From assembly GCF_009914755.1 (NCBI RefSeq), contig NC_060926.1: a stretch of DNA of 64,000 nucleotides, one strand, 5' to 3'. A program made the translations under genes and the position numbers. This document shows positions 14,211-25,528 of this stretch, piece after piece. Position 1 is the first letter of the stretch. Every line of letters starts with the position of its first letter. The notes under the pieces were generated by a model. It searched no databases, was not told the DNA's origin, and saw only the letters and a program-made list of their open reading frames with translations. This DNA is from the human T2T-CHM13v2.0 reference genome, Homo sapiens.

Positions 14211-16009
14211 TGAGGAGGGCCAGTGGAGGGGATACTTGGAGAACTTTTAGGTTTGATTTTCCCAGCACAATGAAGTACTGACTCTCATTTTAATGACAAG
14301 TGTGGTGAAGGCACTTTGCTCAAGGAAGCAATTTGCATTAATGTTAATTAATTAATGATAATTAATGAGTAGTTTTTTTTAGGTTAAGTGTCCAAGGCCA
14401 GATGTTTGCATCAGTTCCATAGCTAGGTATGGGAGTAATTCTCATGCCCTCCAAAGGGCTCCAGCTTCATTCTTTCATCCGGAGACAGCCCTCAAGCTAA
14501 ATGGTAGCCTGAAAAGACTGTCACCTTTATGGTAGCCCCACTCTACACTCCCTCCGTACAAGATATCAGGCCTGTGGTTGAAACTTCAGGAACAGAGTTC
14601 ATTCCAAATATCTCAGCACATCTCTTAGAGCCATCAAGCCATCTTGTTATTGCCACCTGCAACATATTCTTAACACCAAACCAACAAACAAATGTCAAAA
14701 CAACATCAACAACAAAACATCGAAACTCTTCTCCCCATCTATTCAATTAGAGGTGTCATGGCAGACTGCAGGGGAAATCTCATTTTTGCTCTGAATAAAT
14801 ATTGCTCTGGGTTGTTTGTTGTTTGCAGAACACTCATACTTTTCTAATTCCTACTTTCTTACCCCCAAGATATGTTGGTCAAGTGGCCTATATATGTATA
14901 TATTTTAAAATATTTCTAGATTTTTTGTGCGTGTGTTTGTATGCATATATGTGGGTGTGTATGTATAAAATCTTGAAAACCTCTGCCACATTTAAAAATG
15001 CCACAGGAAAAAAATATTCTTAGGATCTATGTCTATGTCTAGATCTATGTAAGATTGAGAACCACTGCCAATGTTACTAAAAAAAATCATTAAAATCATT
15101 TTTGTGCCTCAGTTTCTTTATCTGAAAAACAGGGTTAACAAAGGTATATTTTAAAAAGTAGAGATAATGTATAATGCAAAAAGGATCTGGCACAAAGGAA
15201 GTATCCACTGTATATTGTTTATTCTTATTCTTGACAGTGTGAGAAATGTTTATTATACGGGCTAAGTAAAAGTAGCATCATCCCAGATATATAAAAGACA
15301 TAAGTTACGTAGATTCAGGCAAAAATACCAGCAAGTTGCCCTGGATATAGAGTCTGTTATTTCTAGACCAAGACATTCATAGAAGGGCAAACCGTCTTAC
15401 TTGCAAGGAACTTTGGAACTCATGTGATTTAGTTTCCTTTCCTATGCAGAAATCCCCCTTTAAACTATGGTTCTTTGGAACCTAAGCCAATAAATTAGGT
15501 TCAGAGATTATCTGGAGAGCAGATCTTGCCCATACTTTACCGTAAGGGGTAAGGATTAAAGTCTCCATTCCCAGTGGGCATAGTTTCAACCAGAGAATGC
15601 CAAAGATGCTATAGAGGAATGGAGGATTTAATCCTTACCCCTTACAATAGCCCATGGTTAAGTTTAACATTAAGATTTGCTCCTGGTAAATGTTATTGGG
15701 GAAACAAGGTTTTTATATTCCCAGGACACCTTGTGGCAATCTCTCTTTCCCCAGACATAAAGCTAAAGGCCATGTGGTTTTTAAATTCCCCACTTTTTCC
15801 ATAATAAAACATAGCATCTGGATATAATCTGACTCATCATTGGCTTAGAGATGCAAATGTCTACGGATGCTCGGTGCAGATACTTTTTAAGGTAACTGGA
15901 AGTAATTCCCTATTTGACTGAAACTATGTAATAAAAATAAGATTTTCTGGTGCCAAAGACCTATGTAGGAGGCTCTTTCTGCTTGCACGCAAGGGAAGGA
16001 ACAGAGAAT

Positions 16010-16260
16010 GCCTTTAATTCTGGCTTTGATTTAAATCTGCATCACCATTTACCAATTGTAAGCCAATGAGCAAGTCATTAAACCACTGTAAGCCTCAGTT
16101 TCCTCATTTGTAAAATGGGGATAATTGTAGCTGCCTCACAGTGATGTACAATTAAATGGGGATAATATTTATAATTAGAGTATCTGACCAAATGTATTAA
16201 ATAAATTTAGCTACTATAAAGATCTAATTAAAGGAGAGTTGTTATTGCTATTATTATATT
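16010..16260 (+). mobile_element. MIR
   Basis: GAGCAAGTCATTAAACCACTGTAAGCCTCAGTTTCCTCATTTGTAAAATGGGGATAAT, a well-preserved MIR core. Confidence 0.88.
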
Positions 16261-16834
16261 TATTCTCTGTGGTTTTCAGGCTGTCTATAGACCATATATA
16301 TGCTCTGCAGGGACACGGAGAACTGTATTTTCTCAGCCATGCTGTGGAGCCAAATAGCAGAAACCCAGGCAGCCTGTAAGGAGAAGCAAGACAAATTCAA
16401 GAGATTGCAAGGGGATCTCGTTGAACTGAGCCTGGAATTACATGAAAAGAAATCTTTTAACAGTTATTTCCTATTCAAAAAAGACTTGGTGCATTATTCA
16501 ATTCCATCGTACTGGGAGCTTTGCTCCTTCACATTCATGCTTTCAAATCTTACTCATTACTGCCCTAGCCTGGATGGGGTGAAGGAAGCTGGAAAAGAAA
16601 TTCTGGGCAGTAGATCACAAAGGAGATATTTGCAGGGATGAGAATAGCTCTAGCTTCCTACCTACATTTGTGAGTTACTTTTAACTTTTCAAAATACTTT
16701 CATGCCTACCTTCTCTATTGGGGTGGGTAGCAAGCACCTTGGACCCCTAGATAGAAAACTCCTAGATAATAGAACCTCTAAACCCCTGCCTACTCATTCA
16801 GTTTCTTGAACACATTCTGAATAATAAGAACACT

Positions 16835-17060
16835 ACAGCTATTATAACAGCATAATTTACTTAGCATCTGCCACGTGTGCAATACGTGCTGAATATCTCA
16901 TATACATTGTCTATATAGTTTTTAAATCAACTCGTTGAAATAGCCGGTTTTGTTTTTTCATCTCAGTGACTTGGTATAAGGGTCCTATAGATACTAAGTA
17001 GCAGATCTTGGATTTGAACACAGGCATGTGACACAAAATTTGTGCTTTAACAACTCTACT
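16835..17060 (-). mobile_element. MIR
   Basis: CATAATTTACTTAGCATCTGCCACGTG...AAGTAGCAGATCTTGGATTTGAACACAGGC. Confidence 0.7.
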
Positions 17061-18551
17061 AAAATTCTGAAGACTTCGTCCTATGTTTGGAAATAGTTAA
17101 GGGATACAGAGACCGGTAGAAGCCTCTGTCCTGTGCTACAAGAACAGAGCAGACCCTTAGAAGCAGAATAACATTTCACTGTCAGTGTTTATTTAAGTGG
17201 TCGAAGTCAATTTCAAGAGACATAGAGGGCAGAGAAAGAGTGATTTTAAAGGACCTAGAGGAGAAGCAATAAATACAGCTGAAAACGTGGGGGACAGGAA
17301 ACCACCATCAGAGTGTAGGTCAGCTAAGTAGTTAGGAAGTGTTGCATGAAAGGAAGAAGCTTCAGTAAAATGTCATCTGTGACCTGTTTAGGTAACTACA
17401 TATCCTGCTAAGTTAAATAGATGTCAGTCCCAGCCAGCTGGCTTTCATTTGGGAAAAAATATAAATAAAGAAGTAACCCTTAATGAGTCAGTTCAGAATT
17501 TGTGGAATCCTTCAGCAAAAAGAGATTTCAGAGGAGTAGAATGGGGAAAGAATAGGAGTATCTCTTCAGAAACAAGGAAGAGTCACTCAGAAATGTTAAT
17601 TGACTTGCCTCAGATCAAAATTTCTCTGGGACTAACTCAGGTTACCTGGGACATTACCTTTTGTGCTAACTATTTGAGAATTAATGAAAAGAAAAAAAAA
17701 CCTAAGTTCTCTAAAGTTAAAATTTTTCATTTACCTATAACCAAAGGACTCATTCGTTCAGAAAGCTGTGGGACGCCTTTGTGAACAATGGATGCAACAG
17801 CTAGGCCTGGATCACACGAATTACAATCAACCCTTCCTTACCCTATTTGTGATGTTTCTGTGCTAAGGGAAGGCATTTTCACATTATCTTCTCTGTTCTC
17901 ATCTGAGTCTTATGCCTTTTATATTTTGTGCCTCTTCTTAAATTATACCTCTTTCTCAAGATTGTATCCCACCAGCCCTGTGGGCCCTTAGCTGTCCTCA
18001 GCAAGCTGTCTCTATTCCAGTTCAGCCTGTCCTTCAGCCTGTCCATCAGGCTTCTCACCATGGGGTTGATGAAAGTCTCATCTCCCCAAGACCATGCTTT
18101 CCTTAGAACCAAGTATTGTGTCTCTTTTATACACACCAATAGTACACCAACCAAGGATGTACTCAATAAACCTTTGCTGATTGACTACAGCATTGGCTTT
18201 TTCTCAACCAGAAATTATAAAATGTTAAAAAAGTTGTGCTGAAATACAGCATTTACTGGGCTAAAGGGCAAGTTTGGCTTTCCAGTAAGTTTCAACTTTA
18301 ATCAGATCACTTGTTGGGGTTGGGTAAGAATGTGGCTGTTGTCATGATTTGGGGACCCTAATGATTCCAGCTGTGTCTACTCAGCCAATGGCACAGAATC
18401 CGTGATAGCCGAGGTCATGAAGAGTCACCTTCCTGATCCGACCCCCTCCATCTTGGTTCTGCTGCTATTACACTTTTCTATACCACCTCTTCTTATCCCT
18501 AGCAGATGACATAGAAATGGAATGTATTATTTGGAAGCATACTGAAAGATA

Positions 18552-19200
18552 CAGTAGATTCTTATTGTTTATGGTAGTGATATTCTGTAAAATCAATGCA
18601 AACATTGAATTAGTGAATACTAAATCATTGCTCCTAGGGTAGATACAGGATTAGGTTTCTGAGAGCTACTATGCACAACATTTTCTGCAACCATTCAATA
18701 CATAACCCTGTTTAATGGATGTTTCTGTTCAGACATTATATTGTATATTGTTGATTCATTAACATCACATGCACAGCCAACTGCACTATTTCTTGTGCCT
18801 GAATGAAGCTTTTCTAACATATGCAATTTCTCTGTAAAGCACATCAAAGTCTTCTTGTGCTTTGTGTCACTAGGCATCACTTCAGCTCTCTGCCTGGGGA
18901 TCATTTTAAATAGCAAAATTACCAACATAAATTACAAAAATACAAAAAATATGTCACCAAACAGACTGCGAAAAGAATTATTTACTGTACTAGAACTTAA
19001 ACAAGAAGACAGAGCATTGTCTCGTTGGACTGCTGCTGGGAATGTGCACTTTGGTGACTCAAATTTTTTGTGACTCTCTGCATGTGCATGTCTGTCAACG
19101 ACCATGAAGGTGTTCAAGTATTGATTTGTGAGTAACAAACAAATTTTGGCAAATAGATGAATTGGTAAATACAGAATCAATGAATAATGAGGACTGAATG
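18552..19200 (-). mobile_element. MER82 TcMar-Tigger DNA transposon, essentially full length
   Basis: 649 bp, inverted termini CAGTAGATTCTTATT / AATAATGAGGACTGAATG, TA on both sides; minus strand carries a transposase N-terminal remnant. Confidence 0.92.
18695..18928 (-). pseudogene. Tigger/pogo transposase N-terminal CENP-B-like helix-turn-helix remnant (77 aa ORF)
   Basis: KHKKTLMCFTEKLHMLEKLHSG...SAVGCACDVNESTIYNI follows the Tigger/CENP-B N-terminal HTH pattern (K-rich, EK...LxxG...VNESTI). Confidence 0.75.
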
Positions 19201-19859
19201 TACCTTTAAATGGTATCTACTTTCATTTGGCATTTTTATGTCTTAGATCTGGGGATTCTCCATTTATCCACTTCAGTGAAATGGCCCATGTTCTCTTACA
19301 GGGGAAAGAAAATCCATACGTAATCTGGAATTCAAACGATCTCAAGCAATGAGAGCCATTTTAACATTTGTAATTATGCTTTACCGCCAAAAGAGTTGTT
19401 TGGGCTTTATAGAAATTGGAGCTCATAAGAATGTAGACTTCGCTATCATAGAGATCTAAATTTAAAACCAGATTATGCTACTGATTAGGTGAGTAGTCAC
19501 CCACCTTCTTGCACAGAAGCTGTCTTATTTCTAACGACAAAATATAACAATATACATATTTTTTGCAGGGCTTGAAAGAACATACATGGAAAATGCCTGC
19601 CATGAGGGCACACTGAGTTTACTCTTTTTCTTTCCTTCCCATTCAAGGTATTCTGGAATGAAGCATATTTAGTCATTGTGTTTTCCACAATGCTGAGGTG
19701 GAGGAACATGCAGCCTGAGACTATGTATAGGAACTGGCTATTAACACAGGTTAATTAAAAAACATATATTGTGTTCTTCTCTAATCAAAATATGATTATT
19801 ACCAAGAGGTGAGTCTTGTTTCAAGCAGTGGGGAGGGAATGAACAGAATCATCCAAATT

Positions 19860-20030
19860 ACAACTATAAAAATAGGTATACATTTGGACAAAGTCTGCAA
19901 GAGAATACACAGAAATCAAAATAGTTGTTTCCAAGCGATGGAATTATGGAAATTTTTTTCTTCAAAATGTTCTCAAATGTTATACGTTCTTTTTACAATA
20001 CAAATGCAGTGCATATGAAAAGAATTATAA
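19860..20030 (+). mobile_element. Old L1M 3' end fragment
   Basis: AAAGTCTGCAAGAGAATACACAGAAATCAAAATAGTTGTTT...ATGGAATTATGG. Confidence 0.5.
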
Positions 20031-21101
20031 TGAATGAAGCAATCAGGGATTGTCTTGAAGCAAAGCAGTAACATGAAATCAAGATAATGTAGATGAGAGA
20101 TGATTTACATTATTTTGTTCCCATCAAGCGAAGGGCATTTTCCAGAAGCCTAAGATGGTGGATCAACAAAGAGTGTTGACAACAACACAGGGTAAAGAGA
20201 GGTGAGAAGGGGGTACAAACATGGCAGGCCCACTATCAACCCATTTCCAGACTGTTTCTCTTGCCCCTCTTCTGACTTTCAGCATTGATTCCTGTTAATC
20301 TGCACTTTATTAACAACTTTTTCCACTCCATGCTTCCGTCATCTCCTCTTCCCTACACCAAATTGACATGCAACTTCCCAAGGATTGCCTAAGACTAGTC
20401 AGTACATTGAGCAGAAATGATAGGAAGCAAGCCCCTGTCCAGCTTTCAGAGGGGTTTAGTATTGCGACGTGTCAAAATCTGTGGGGAGCTGCCGGTGGTA
20501 GAATAAGCAGGTGGGGAGAGAACGGAAGTTTGTCAGGCTAAGCGTCCAGATTGATGCATTCTATTCCATGCTATTATAAATATTCTTCTTTTGAAATTGT
20601 ATTTGACTTTGTATTGGGGGGAGAAATCATAATTGAGTTTAAAACTGTGGATCTTTGTCCTGTAGTATGGTATTAGGACTTAAATTCTATTTCCATGTAC
20701 ATATTTCATCCAATAAAATTTAAAATACTGGCTCAAGCATAACTGGTATATAATTTTATTGTCATGATAGCCAATCCGTTATAAATTAAATCAAGCTTTC
20801 ACACACTAATATCAACTCACACATTTATTCTAACTACCAAATAGTACTTGATTCTAGACTTGTCATATCTTTTTTGGGCCCTGAAAAGGTATTACCATGT
20901 CTATTTTAATATTTCATCTATTTTTTAGAACTGTTATTTAAATTTCACAAGACCTCTAGTTGCTGCCCTACATATTTTTTTAATTTATATACACCGTATA
21001 TTAGGGCCTGTGTTAAAGTCTGGATACTGTTGGACAAAATACAACAATTTGGTGCCCAGAAAAATGAACTGTGAAAATCATTAATGCTTTTCACAAAACA
21101 G

Positions 21102-21474
21102 TGTGGCGTTTGCCTTATAATCACATGCAACAATTAAACATCCATGCCCTCTTCTAACATTGCTAAGGACATGTGATTTGCTCTGTCCAATGAAACCTGT
21201 ACAGAAGTGTTACTTCTGAGAGGTGAACATTAAAAGCCAGTGCACAATTACCCACTTTTTCCCTTCCCATCACTTCAGTGATTCAAAAACTCTTGGCAAG
21301 ATGAAGCCTTGGTCAGTTTGGGGATGTGAGAAATCAAGAGGAGCAGAGCTTTCTGCTGATCTGTGGTGAGCACATACCATTGGGTAAGGAATAGACATCT
21401 GCTTTGGTAAGCCCATGAAATTTTTTGGAGCTATTCGTTACCACAGCATAATGGAGTTTTCTTAGCTGAATTAT
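21102..21474 (+). mobile_element. MLT1 (I/J/K-like) MaLR LTR
   Basis: CATGTGATTTGCTCTGTCCAATGAAA...AGAAGTG...TAAGCCCATGAAATTTTTTGG...GTTACCACAGCATAA. Confidence 0.75.
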
Positions 21475-21575
21475 AATGAATAAAGATCTGAGAAGTTTCT
21501 CAAGTGTTATTCATAGCTTTTAGAAAAAAATGTGTTATTTAGCATTTGATACAAAGGAAATATATATGAATTGTT

Positions 21576-21826
21576 CAGTCATCCCTTGGTATCTGTAGAG
21601 GATTTGTTCCAGGACCCTCCCAAAATACCAAAATCTACAGATTTTCAAGACACTTATATAAGATGGTGTAGTATTTGCATATAACCTATATACATCCTCC
21701 TGTAAACTTTAAGTCATCTCTAGATTATTTATAATACCTAATACAACTATCATAGGCTTAACTACATTTTTGATCCACGGTTTGTTGAATTCATGGAAGC
21801 AGAACCTGTGGATCCAGGGCTGATTC
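21576..21826. mobile_element. MER2 TcMar-Tigger element with internal deletion
   Basis: CAGTCATCCCTTGGTATC...TTCCAGGACCC...ATACCAAAATC...AAGTCATCTCTAGATTA...GCAGAACCTGTGGAT; shorter than the roughly 345 bp consensus. Confidence 0.88.
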
Positions 21827-21996
21827 CATATGTACGCTAATAAGTATAAAAATGCAGCAAACAGCCATAAACTTATCACCCAATTTAAGAACTGGAACAT
21901 TCATACATTGTTTGAAACTGTCTTTAGGCTTCTCCTACATCCTAACACATGGCCTCCTCCTTAGATATAAGTATTTGAAACAAAACAGGTTAGAGA

Positions 21997-22349
21997 AAGT
22001 GGTCCCAACCATTTTGGCACCAAGGACTGGTTTCGTGGAAGACAATTTTTTCCATGGAATGGGTGGTGAGGGGGTGGGTATGGTTTTGGGATGAAACTGT
22101 TCTACCTTAGATCATCAGGCATTAGTTACAGATTCTCATAAGGAGCGTGCAACCTAGATCCCTTGCATGTGCAGTTCACAATAGGGTTCACGCTCCTATG
22201 AGAATCTCATGCCACCACTGATCTGACAGGAGGTGGAGCTCAGGCGGTAATGCTCACTCAAGGCTCACCCCCTGTGTTGTGCAGCCTAGTTCCTAACAGG
22301 CCATGGACTGGCGGGTCCTGGTCCATAGCCCGGGGACAGGGGACTCCTG
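21997..22349. mobile_element. MER1B hAT-Charlie element
   Basis: GGTCCCAACCATTTTGGCACCAAGGACTGGTTTCGTGGAAGACAATTTTT...GATTCTCATAAGGAGCGTGCAACCTAGATCCC...GGGGACTCCTG. Confidence 0.92.
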
Positions 22350-22454
22350 ACATAGGAGACTGCATTTATAATATCATCTTTGTAAAGTACTCATTGTCTT
22401 TTCAATCACATTCTTTGAATATATGAATAATTACTACCACTACTGTGATACTAT

Positions 22455-23272
22455 GGTAACAGGTACTGAGCACTTACTATTTGCCTAATAATGTTTATTA
22501 ACTTTTTATGTACTTATTCCTTTGTATGAGGTAGGATCTATCGCTAGGAGTACAGGCATGAGCTACCACACTGGGCCCCAGAGTTCTCTTTATATAGCTG
22601 GTTTAGTAGACAGATAGTTACTTTCAGAATGCATTTTTAATTGCAGTTGGGTAAAATGCTTCTACTCATTTTAAAGATGAAACAGTTAAAGGTCCAGTAT
22701 TAAATTTCTTATTTAAGATCAGATATATTAACAATGACAGATCTGGAACATTTGGTTCCAGTATTAGATTCTCTCTGTGGCTGCAACAAATTACCACAAA
22801 CTTGGTGGCCCAAAACAAGAGAAACTTATTGTCTTATATTGGTTCAAAATGGGTCTTTCTAAAACAAAAGTGTTGGCAAGGCTGAATTCTTTCCGGAGGG
22901 TCTAGGGAAGAATCCATCTCCTTATCCTTTTCAGCCAGTAAGGCCACCTGCCATCTTTGGGTGTGGCCCCTTCCTCCATTTTCAAAACTAGCACCTTAGC
23001 ATCTTCAGATCTCTCTCTGACTCTGACTACCCTGCCTCACTCTTTTACTTATAAAGACCCTTGTCATTAGAGCGGGTTCACACAGCTAACCCAAAATAAT
23101 TTCCCCATCTCAAGATATTTAACTTAATCTTATCTGCAAAGTCCCCTTTGCAATGTAAGGTAAAACATTCACTAGGTCCAGCCATTAGGATTTGGACAAC
23201 TTTTTGGAGACCATTATTCTGCCTGCCACAGGTTCAAAACCTATTGTGTTAGTCACTATGCTATACTGCCTC
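22455..23272 (-). mobile_element. MIR split by two insertions (22543-22660 and 22760-23230)
   Basis: Collinear MIR pieces: TACTGAGCACTTACTAT...TATGAGGTAGG / CATTTTAAAGATGA / CACTATGCTATACTGCCTC. Confidence 0.7.
22760..23230 (-). mobile_element. MLT1C-like MaLR solo LTR
   Basis: GTATTAG...CAAATTACCACAAACTTGGTGGC...CCATTATTCTGCCTGCCACA, 471 bp; GGTTC on both flanks (left copy offset by one base). Confidence 0.88.
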
Positions 23273-23406
23273 TTGGGGGATGATAGTCCTACAGCCCTAT
23301 TTTGAAGTGTCATGTTTAAAATCAACAACAGTAACAACTGCAATTAAAAATGTATTCTGAGAGTAACCATCTGCGTACTAAACCAGCTACATAAAGAAAA
23401 CTCTGG

Positions 23407-23550
23407 GACTGAGTGTGGTGGCTCATACCTGTAATCCTAACACTTTGGGAGGCTGAAGTGGGAGAATGCTTGAGCTCAGGAGTTTGAGACAAGCCTGGGC
23501 AACATAGTGAGAACCCATCTCTATAAGATTAAAAAATATTAAAATAAAAA
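23407..23550 (+). mobile_element. FLAM_C / free left Alu monomer
   Basis: Single Alu arm with A-rich tail; flanks AAAGAAAACTCTG / AAAGAACTCTG. Confidence 0.9.
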
Positions 23551-24024
23551 GTAGAAAGAACTCTGATCTCCTAATTTGAATCCAATCTATCAATTTTTAA
23601 TGTGTTTTATAATGGAGTTATAGACTTATACAGGGGTGGAGTCCTATCCGTGCCATTTTTTATTATTAACAATATTTTATAGATAAAGAACATGAGGACG
23701 TTTAAGTACCTTGCATGATATAACACAGTAAATAAATGGTGAGTTATCTCATGACACATAAATTTTGCTGAACAAGTATAATAGGAATTCATTGTTGGGA
23801 GTTTGAGGAGGAATAAATCACAATGGGTTGGAGTACTTAGGGACATTTTAATTCAGTTTTGGATATTGAATTGTACCCTGGAGGAATATCAAGATCTATA
23901 ATTAGAGAATTTTTGTAATTCTAAATATTAACTTCAGTAATGTACATTGCTGTCTTACTCTGGGCTGGGGGAATGTGCTAGGTATATTCACATATTAAAA
24001 CCAACAAACAAAAAAACTTGATGA

Positions 24025-24870
24025 GATGACTAAAACCCCCAGTCATTACACATAAATATGCTTGTTTTCTTCCTATGTGAAAGAAGACTCTGAAAAGTGA
24101 AGAGAAAAGGCAGACTAGCTCAGGACCTCAGGATTCAAGCAAGAACATGGTGTTGAGTTCTTTGTGTTTCTTTTTGTCCCTTATATGCCAACCGGAAGCT
24201 GAAGAAGCTGGTAACCCAGAAATGCCAAAACAACAACCAAAAGTCTGAACAAAAGCTTGTTCCAGAAAGGGAATAGACTAGGAAAAATAAAACTTTTAGA
24301 CAATAATCACTCTATTCCAACTAAACACGACAGATAAACTGTGGCCTCCACCCACACCCATACCACGAAGGGCAAAGTGGGGAGCCTAGACCCTCCTGCT
24401 TCAGAGGCTATTGTGAGGTGCCCCCAGACCTCCACCAGAGAATTGGCAGAGATGGTTGAGTGGGAACCCAGGACTTTTCATCCCCACTGGATTATAGCAA
24501 GGTCCTCCTGCCCCCTGTAGTGTCAGCAGAGACCACGAGTCCTCCTGCTCCATGTGGTGTCAAGCGGAGACCACTTCCATCCCCACAAGTATCCGTAATG
24601 AAGCAATGCCTGTCTCTCCTTTGGGGTTCTCTTAGAGGGTCAAAGGAGGCTTAATGAAGTCATGACTTTCACCACTCCCATGGTAACCAAGCGTACCACC
24701 TACCTCCCATTACGGTGTCAGTGGAAGCCTTGAGGGGCATAGTAAAGAGGCATTCCTACCTCTCTCAGCCAGGGAGATGCCAGCGGAGGCCTAGTGGGAG
24801 CCAAGACTCCCACCCCAACTGAGAGTAATGCGGAGCCTTTCACTTGGGTGTCAGGGGAAGCCACATAAGC
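24025..24870 (+). mobile_element. L1MC-type 5' end (L1MCa-like 5' UTR with tandem subunits)
   Basis: AGAAGACTCTGAAAAGTGAAGAGAAAAGGCAGAC... followed by repeated GTGTCAGYGGARRCC units at about 24520, 24557, 24715, 24777 and 24848. Confidence 0.72.
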
Positions 24871-25161
24871 CTTACATAAAGAAAGGCCAAAATTATAGAA
24901 ATGGATAACAGATTAGTAGTTACCAAGGGTTAAGAGATAGATGTGTGTGGCTATAAAAAGGCAACAAGAGGGACTGTTGCCATAATGGGAGTCCAGTATT
25001 TTGTATCTTAAGTGTATCAATGACTGTATCTCATCTGATACTGTATTAGTTTTTCAAGATGTCACCATTGAGGGAAACTCTAAAGGGTATACCAGATTTC
25101 TCTGTATTATTTCTTATAACTGCATATGAATCTATAATTATCTAAAAAATTTTAAATTATG
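24871..25161 (+). mobile_element. L1MC1/2-type 3' end
   Basis: GTGGCTATAAAAAGGCAACAAGAGGGA...CAAGATGTCACCATTG...CTCTGTATTATTTCTTATAACTGCATATGAATCTATAATTATCT. Confidence 0.85.
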
Positions 25162-25228
25162 AAAAAAATCTTGATGAAGCATAGCTATTATACTTAGAAA
25201 GCCATGATATTGAGGTAACATACAGAAT

Positions 25229-25528
25229 TTTTGTGTTGTTAAGACAGGGTCTCACTCTATTGCCTAGGCTGGAGTGCAGTGGTGCAATCACAGCTCACTG
25301 CAGCCTTGATTTCCCAGACTCAAGTGATCCTCTTGCCTTAGCCTTCTGAGTAGCTGAGACTACAGGCATGTGCCATCACACCCAGTTGATTTTTAAATTT
25401 TTATTTTTAGTAGAGATCAGGTCTCGCTATGTTGCTCAGGCGGGTCTTGAACTCCTGAGCTCAAGCAATCCTCCCACCTCAACTGGACAAAGGGTTGGGA
25501 TTACAGGAATGAGCCACCACAACCGGCC
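25229..25528 (-). mobile_element. AluJ, full length
   Basis: J diagnostics (CACAGCTCACTGCAGCCTTG, CTCAAGTGATCCTC, GTCTCGCTATGTTGC); degenerate TSD ACATACAGAATTTT / ACATGCAGTATTTT. Confidence 0.95.

Noticed and set aside
16300-16641. 113-aa ORF downstream of an acceptor-like TTTTCAG (16279)
   Set aside because: No recognisable protein family and no convincing paired donor; the length is within chance expectation for 64 kb.
24380-24870. Spaced GTGTCAG..GGAG.CC repeats as a CRISPR-like or novel array
   Set aside because: The units are degenerate and irregularly spaced, and they fit the tandem subunits of old L1 5' UTRs.
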